Below, piece after piece: positions 36,598 through 41,145 of a stretch of 41,145 bases of DNA (position 1 is its first letter; every line of letters starts with the position of its first letter). Origin of the DNA: Candidatus Bathyarchaeia archaeon (GTDB lineage: Archaea > Thermoproteota > Bathyarchaeia > Bathyarchaeales > Bathycorpusculaceae); assembly GCA_038883715.1 (NCBI GenBank), contig JAVZLS010000013.1, positions 1 to 41,145 of the forward strand. Direction: 5' to 3'. The position numbers were made by a program, and so were the translations under genes. The notes beneath the pieces were generated by a model, which searched no databases, was not told where the DNA came from, and saw only the letters and a program-made list of their open reading frames with translations.

Positions 36598-37965
36598 ATG
36601 AAAAACGTGAAAAAAACGATATTGGCTTTGGGTTTGGCTTTCCTACTGGCTGCGCCGGCGCTTGCTGTTTTAAGCCCAAGGGTAAACGCGGACGACTCTG
36701 TGGAGAATATTCAAAGCTTGCGTTTGGAGCCGCCGTACATCTGGAATAGCACGTGGTATAGGTTCAACAGTTCTCTAGTAACGCTGATCTTTCCTGCTAA
36801 GGGCACGAAGCCCATGTTCTTGTGGTGGTATACCGATGATAGCAGCAATATATATGTGGTGAAGTTTCAAGGCGTCATCGAGTATCTAATGCTTGACAAG
36901 CCCTACTATAGGCGTAGGTTCCACGCAGACAACGCTACTATAAATGCAACATTATGGAGCAACTACGTCGAACCAAAACTGTACCAGAAACGATATCAAT
37001 TTGGTCAATCTGGTGATATATGGTATAGAGGCAGAGTTGAAGAATTCAAAGAGCTTTTGTCGGATTTGCATAGGGCTTATTTGCCCTTTAGCGCTTGCAA
37101 CTGGACATTAAGCGGACCAGTATTTGTTGAAGGCGAAGACTATTGGTCCTTCAATTTCACATTAACCGAAGTACATGGACATCCAGGATTAAAATTCGCG
37201 GAGAACAACATTGAGATAAGATGTAGATTCTACAATGCAACAAAAACAGTAACTTTAGATGAAGAACATAGTTACACTGTTGCTGCTGGGCAGTTGAAAT
37301 TCGACTTTGTTGTAAAACATTGGGAGTGGAACATAGACAAAATCAACCAATTCCTTAAAAAATATGGCATTGAGATACCAGAAAGCCGAACTGGATTAGC
37401 CTTATGGATTAAGATGGCTTCAATAGAGCTTGAAGATTTGAAGGACGTTGGCAAAGAGGTTCAGAATCAAGCAGAGAACCAAGTTGAGGCTTGTTCCCGA
37501 ATGCGGGAAGTGGCAATAAACGGGGAGTACTATGCTGTAGATAAAAATGAGACAAGCCAAGATGAAAAGCCTATTCAAGCCACGCTTCAGCTTAGGGAGA
37601 GGTTCAGGGAGCGCATTAGACTGCACTATGCTGTTGGGGAAAAAGATGTGCCAGTGGGCTTCTTGGAGTTTGTTCCATGGGCCAGGCTTCTATATCCAAA
37701 CGGCACAACCTATGACTACGTGAATGTTACCGCTTCCTACATTGCTGCTGGCGGTCACCTGAGGCTTTTCATTTGCTACCCATACTTTGGCAACTACACA
37801 CTGGAGCATGACCCGACAATTGGCTTGACATCAGCTCCGCTAATTCCTGAGCTCATAAACCAGAAAGTTCTGCTGGTTTTGCTCGGCGCCACCGCCATTA
37901 TTGTCTTGGTTGTTGCTGCCATGAAGGTTCGGAGAAAGCCTATAAACGTCTTAGCCATCAAATAA
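36598..37965 (+). CDS. secreted, C-terminally membrane-anchored beta-rich surface protein
   Basis: Signal peptide MKNVKKTILALG..VNA; several NxS/T sequons; C-terminal TM followed by KVRRK. Confidence 0.8.
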   Translation: MKNVKKTILALGLAFLLAAPALAVLSPRVNADDSVENIQSLRLEPPYIWNSTWYRFNSSLVTLIFPAKGTKPMFLWWYTDDSSNIYVVKFQGVIEYLMLDKPYYRRRFHADNATINATLWSNYVEPKLYQKRYQFGQSGDIWYRGRVEEFKELLSDLHRAYLPFSACNWTLSGPVFVEGEDYWSFNFTLTEVHGHPGLKFAENNIEIRCRFYNATKTVTLDEEHSYTVAAGQLKFDFVVKHWEWNIDKINQFLKKYGIEIPESRTGLALWIKMASIELEDLKDVGKEVQNQAENQVEACSRMREVAINGEYYAVDKNETSQDEKPIQATLQLRERFRERIRLHYAVGEKDVPVGFLEFVPWARLLYPNGTTYDYVNVTASYIAAGGHLRLFICYPYFGNYTLEHDPTIGLTSAPLIPELINQKVLLVLLGATAIIVLVVAAMKVRRKPINVLAIK

Positions 37966-38045
37966 ATTCCCTTTTTCTTTTTGATATGTTGATTTTAGGA
38001 GTAAAAGTTTATATTGTGTATTGCTACGTAATATTTTGGATTCAT

Positions 38046-38183
38046 ATGAGACGCAGAGGAGAAAACGACGAAATCCGCTGGCAAGTTATAAAGGCAATGC
38101 TGGACGAGTTTCCAAACTTAAGAGAAAAAGTTAAAGCCTACATTGAAAAGCAGAAACAGAAAGAAAAGCCTCAGAACTTTTAG
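38046..38183 (+). CDS. 45-aa hypothetical protein, probably leaderless
   Basis: MRRRGENDEIRWQVIKAMLDEFPNLREKVKAYIEK..; TTTTATATT about 30 nt upstream. Confidence 0.55.
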   Translation: MRRRGENDEIRWQVIKAMLDEFPNLREKVKAYIEKQKQKEKPQNF

Positions 38184-38530
38184 ATGTGGTTTCTTTTTAA
38201 TAGATGAGGCGGCGGAACCTTAACATTGTTTTTGCCATTCTCGTTCTCTGATTTGAGAAGCCCTGTCAACTCGCGGTAGCGCTGAAGAAAATCTAAGCCC
38301 TTAGGCGTCGCCTTATAAATCTCCTTATCCTTCTCGAAGACCCTGTCAATAAGGTTAACTTTTAACATAAATTCTAAATAATCGTTAAGCTGCGTGAAGC
38401 TCAGGTTAGCCCTATACATAATCTGAGTTTTTAAAACACCATCCTTAGCTATGTCCAGAATTTCAGCAATTATGTATAGCTTATCTCTTCTCTTCTGGGA
38501 TGGGTTGGCTCCCCAAACATTCATTTCCAC
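38180..38530 (-). CDS. archaeal winged-HTH regulator (HTH_45-like)
   Basis: RRDKLYIIAEIL..KTQIMYRANLSF..YKATPKG. Confidence 0.88.
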   Translation of the reverse strand: MEMNVWGANPSQKRRDKLYIIAEILDIAKDGVLKTQIMYRANLSFTQLNDYLEFMLKVNLIDRVFEKDKEIYKATPKGLDFLQRYRELTGLLKSENENGKNNVKVPPPHLLKRNHI

Positions 38531-38696
38531 AATATTCCTCTTTCACAAGCCTTCTGCATGAAAAAAGGCTAATGCATTTTTTAAGCGGTGTTTCCCAAAA
38601 GCCACTATTACAATTATCGAAATATTCTCTAGAACAAACTTCTATAAGAAAAAACTTTAATCTTAAACTGGAAAACATTGCCTTCTAAGGAGGCAG

Positions 38697-39203
38697 ATGA
38701 AAATGTTGATCGGGTTAATGGCTGACACGCATGATAACTTGCCTATGGTGGAAAAAGCCGTAAAAAGGCTCAATGAAGAAAAAGTTGAAGTTGTGCTTCA
38801 TGCTGGAGATTATGTTGCGCCATTCGTTATACCAAAGTTTAGGGATTTAAAGGCTAAGCTGATAGGGGTTTTTGGCAACAATGACGGAGACCGAGAACTA
38901 TTGAAGAAGAGGTTTAGCGAAAATGAGAAGCTGGAAATTAGGGGGAACTTCGCGGAAATAACCATCGGAAAGGCAAAAATCGCGCTACTGCACGGGAGTG
39001 AAGAGGAACTTTTAAGGGCTATAATTAACAGCGGAAACTTTGACGTGGTTGTCCACGGACACACTCATAAGGCTGAAACCTACAAGAAAGGCAAAACATT
39101 GGTGGTGAATCCGGGCGAAGTTTGCGGTTATCTAACGGGAAAGTCGACTATTGCGCTGCTTAATGCAGAAAAACTTGAGGCAAAAATAATAGACTTGGTG
39201 TAA
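38697..39203 (+). CDS. YfcE/MJ0936-family metallophosphoesterase
   Basis: DTHDN, HAGD, GNND, HG, GHTH, NPGE. Confidence 0.92.
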   Translation: MKMLIGLMADTHDNLPMVEKAVKRLNEEKVEVVLHAGDYVAPFVIPKFRDLKAKLIGVFGNNDGDRELLKKRFSENEKLEIRGNFAEITIGKAKIALLHGSEEELLRAIINSGNFDVVVHGHTHKAETYKKGKTLVVNPGEVCGYLTGKSTIALLNAEKLEAKIIDLV

Positions 39204-39221
39204 ACAGGCTAGAGGAATGTT

Positions 39222-40154
39222 TCAGTTTTGGTTGGAATTGTATGGCTGCCTTCTCTGATTGGCTATTTTAAAAAATTCAACGAGTTCTTCGTCTGTTGCT
39301 CCGTTTCGCATGGGCGTTAAGATGTCCACCGTGTTGTCGTCTCTCATTAGACACGGCTTGAGTTTCCCGTCGCTTGTTACGCGTAAGCGTGTGCAATGCC
39401 AACAAAAATCGGTATTTTCTATTGGATGGACAACCTCAACTTTTACGTCTGGCAAATGGTATATGTGGCGGTTTTGCATGTATTTTCTGGCTTCGATTTT
39501 TATGGCTTTCTGCCTTAGCATTTCTTCATACTCGTCCAGAGGTTTGTGATAGGCAGCATAGTATTCGTTACTTATGTTTATTGGCTCAAGCTCAATGAGT
39601 TGTAGAACTGCACCTACTTCTCTCGCAAAATTAATCATTTCCGGCACTTGAGAATCATTAACTCCCCTTAAAACGAGCATGTTTAGCTTTACCGGGTTAA
39701 GTCCAGCCTCAACGGCCGCCTTAACACCATTTAAGACGTCTTCCAACTTGCCGCCGGTGAGTTTGCAGTATGTTTCGCTGTCTATTGTTGGCAAGTTTAT
39801 GTTTACACGTCTTAAACCATTCGCCTTAAGCTCTTTTGCTAATGGCTCAAGCAGTGTCCCATTAGTTGTCATTGAAAGCTCCTCCAAGCCATGTATGGAA
39901 GCTAAGCCCCTAACTATTTGCAGTATATCCTTGCGAAGCAACGGTTCTCCACCAGTGAGCTTGATTTTTGATACGCCTAGGCTGACGGCTGTTTTTGAGA
40001 TGCGCACAATTTCTTCAGCTGTCATCTCTGTTGTGTTTTCGGCTGTTTTGTCTTCACCTTCAGCGTGACAGAAACTGCAGTGTAAATTACATGGTTTTGT
40101 GAGGGCTATTCTTAGGTTCAAGAGCGGACGCCCATAGTTGTCGACCAGCACCAT
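39222..40154 (-). CDS. moaA: GTP 3',8-cyclase MoaA
   Basis: CNLHCSFCH, TGGEPL, FCWHCTRLRVTSDGKLKPCL. Confidence 0.95.
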   Translation of the reverse strand: MVLVDNYGRPLLNLRIALTKPCNLHCSFCHAEGEDKTAENTTEMTAEEIVRISKTAVSLGVSKIKLTGGEPLLRKDILQIVRGLASIHGLEELSMTTNGTLLEPLAKELKANGLRRVNINLPTIDSETYCKLTGGKLEDVLNGVKAAVEAGLNPVKLNMLVLRGVNDSQVPEMINFAREVGAVLQLIELEPINISNEYYAAYHKPLDEYEEMLRQKAIKIEARKYMQNRHIYHLPDVKVEVVHPIENTDFCWHCTRLRVTSDGKLKPCLMRDDNTVDILTPMRNGATDEELVEFFKIANQRRQPYNSNQN

Positions 40155-40156
40155 CG

Positions 40157-40684
40157 TTATTCCCGCGCGTGCTTAACGATGTGTGCAGCTTCCGGCAATA
40201 TAAGCTTTTCAAGACAAAGCCTAACAGCGTCCATAGAGCCCGGAATGCAAAAGAAAACCTTGCCTTTCGCGACGCCGGCGGCAGCCCTTGATAAGACTGC
40301 GGCAGAGCCAATTTTATTATAGCTTAAAAATCTGAAAATTTCGCCGAATCCGGGCAAGGTTTTCTCGAAGAATGGCGAAACTGTTTCGATGGTTACATCG
40401 GAGGGCGCTATACCAGTTCCGCCACAAAAAATAACGACGTCCACATCCGAGTTTAGGGTGTGCTCCACGCCATCTTCAATGAACACCTTATCGTCGGGTA
40501 TAAGCCTTCGGAACGAAACTGTGTGTCCAGCACGCTTAACCAGCCTTTCAATCAGGTCGCCAGATTCATCGCTAACTTTTTCACCTTTCTTTAGCTGGTT
40601 GTAGCGGGATGTGCTGACGACAAAAATTCCAAAACTAAGCCTTTTTGGAGCTTCAGCCCTATGCCTACGCGTGCTTTCACTCAT
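40157..40684 (-). CDS. moaB: molybdopterin adenylyltransferase MoaB/MogA; start 40684
   Basis: DESG, GGTGIAPSDVT, PGFGE, LSRA, IPGS; overlaps the moaC stop. Confidence 0.92.
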   Translation of the reverse strand: MSESTRRHRAEAPKRLSFGIFVVSTSRYNQLKKGEKVSDESGDLIERLVKRAGHTVSFRRLIPDDKVFIEDGVEHTLNSDVDVVIFCGGTGIAPSDVTIETVSPFFEKTLPGFGEIFRFLSYNKIGSAAVLSRAAAGVAKGKVFFCIPGSMDAVRLCLEKLILPEAAHIVKHARE

Positions 40685-41135
40685 TTCTGGACTGCTCCTT
40701 AACTTTTTTAACAACATGAATCTCTTCGATAGTTGTGAAGGGATACTGCCCCTCAGCATCTTTCTCATACTGTTTTACCATATCCCAAATTGTTAGGAGG
40801 CTTATGGCTGTCGCTACTAAGGCTTCCATTTCGACGCCTGTTTGGGCTTCAGTTTTCACGGTAGAGGAAACTTTAACGGTGGAATCGTTTAGGATTTTTA
40901 TGTCAACTTTTACGTTTGTTAGGGGTAGCGGATGGCAGAAGGGTATTAGGATGCTTGTCTCCTTTGCCGCTAGTGTTCCGGCAATTTTAGCTGTGTAAAT
41001 TGGGTCGCCTTTTTCGATTTTTCCATTTTTTATCAATTTTATGGTTTCTGGTTTTAGCCTAATTCTTCCGGTAGCTGTTGCTTCACGGTAAACTTTCGGC
41101 TTTCCGGTTATGTCAACCATCGCCACACAAATCAC
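40677..41135 (-). CDS. moaC: cyclic pyranopterin monophosphate synthase MoaC
   Basis: MVDITGK, LIPFCHP, TGVEMEAL, IWDMVK. Confidence 0.95.
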   Translation of the reverse strand: MICVAMVDITGKPKVYREATATGRIRLKPETIKLIKNGKIEKGDPIYTAKIAGTLAAKETSILIPFCHPLPLTNVKVDIKILNDSTVKVSSTVKTEAQTGVEMEALVATAISLLTIWDMVKQYEKDAEGQYPFTTIEEIHVVKKVKEQSRNE

Positions 41136-41145
41136 AGCTCCATTC

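Noticed and set aside
1-41145. CRISPR arrays, tRNA/rRNA genes, transposases, integrases
   Set aside because: None recognised; intergenic gaps are short and were inspected by eye

Overview
Archaeal chromosomal segment, most likely Bathyarchaeia. This is inferred from fwdDBAC+mch with no mcr/mtr in view, a cdvA/B/C cluster, a ThiD-ThiN fusion, and many TTG/GTG starts. Left to right: partial valS; a TPP riboswitch controlling thiC-thiDN; thi4 flanked by two unannotated Cys-rich microproteins; fdhD; a RimK/MptN-like ligase; a GNAT gene relic; a HAAS-methyltransferase plus nucleoside phosphorylase cassette; a PPP Ser/Thr phosphatase with a coiled-coil partner; an ECF S-component; mch and fwdCABD; a CitG-like gene facing an ECF S-component and three paralogous Pol-beta-type nucleotidyltransferases; wHTH and mobB; a four-gene cdv (ESCRT-III/Vps4) operon; a box C/D guide sRNA predicted to methylate the 23S C2498 equivalent; a zincin, GATase, bPH protein, Lhr helicase and APC permease; a truncated GT2; a membrane-fused HTH with a surface protein; and moaCBA. 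The best candidate for an undescribed system is the citG + ECF-S + 3x nucleotidyltransferase locus next to the H4MPT-dependent C1 genes. It mirrors CitG/CitX (MdcB/MdcG) chemistry and could supply the ribosyl-phosphodiester steps of methanopterin-type cofactor synthesis or salvage. All family calls are from motif recognition only; no searches were run.
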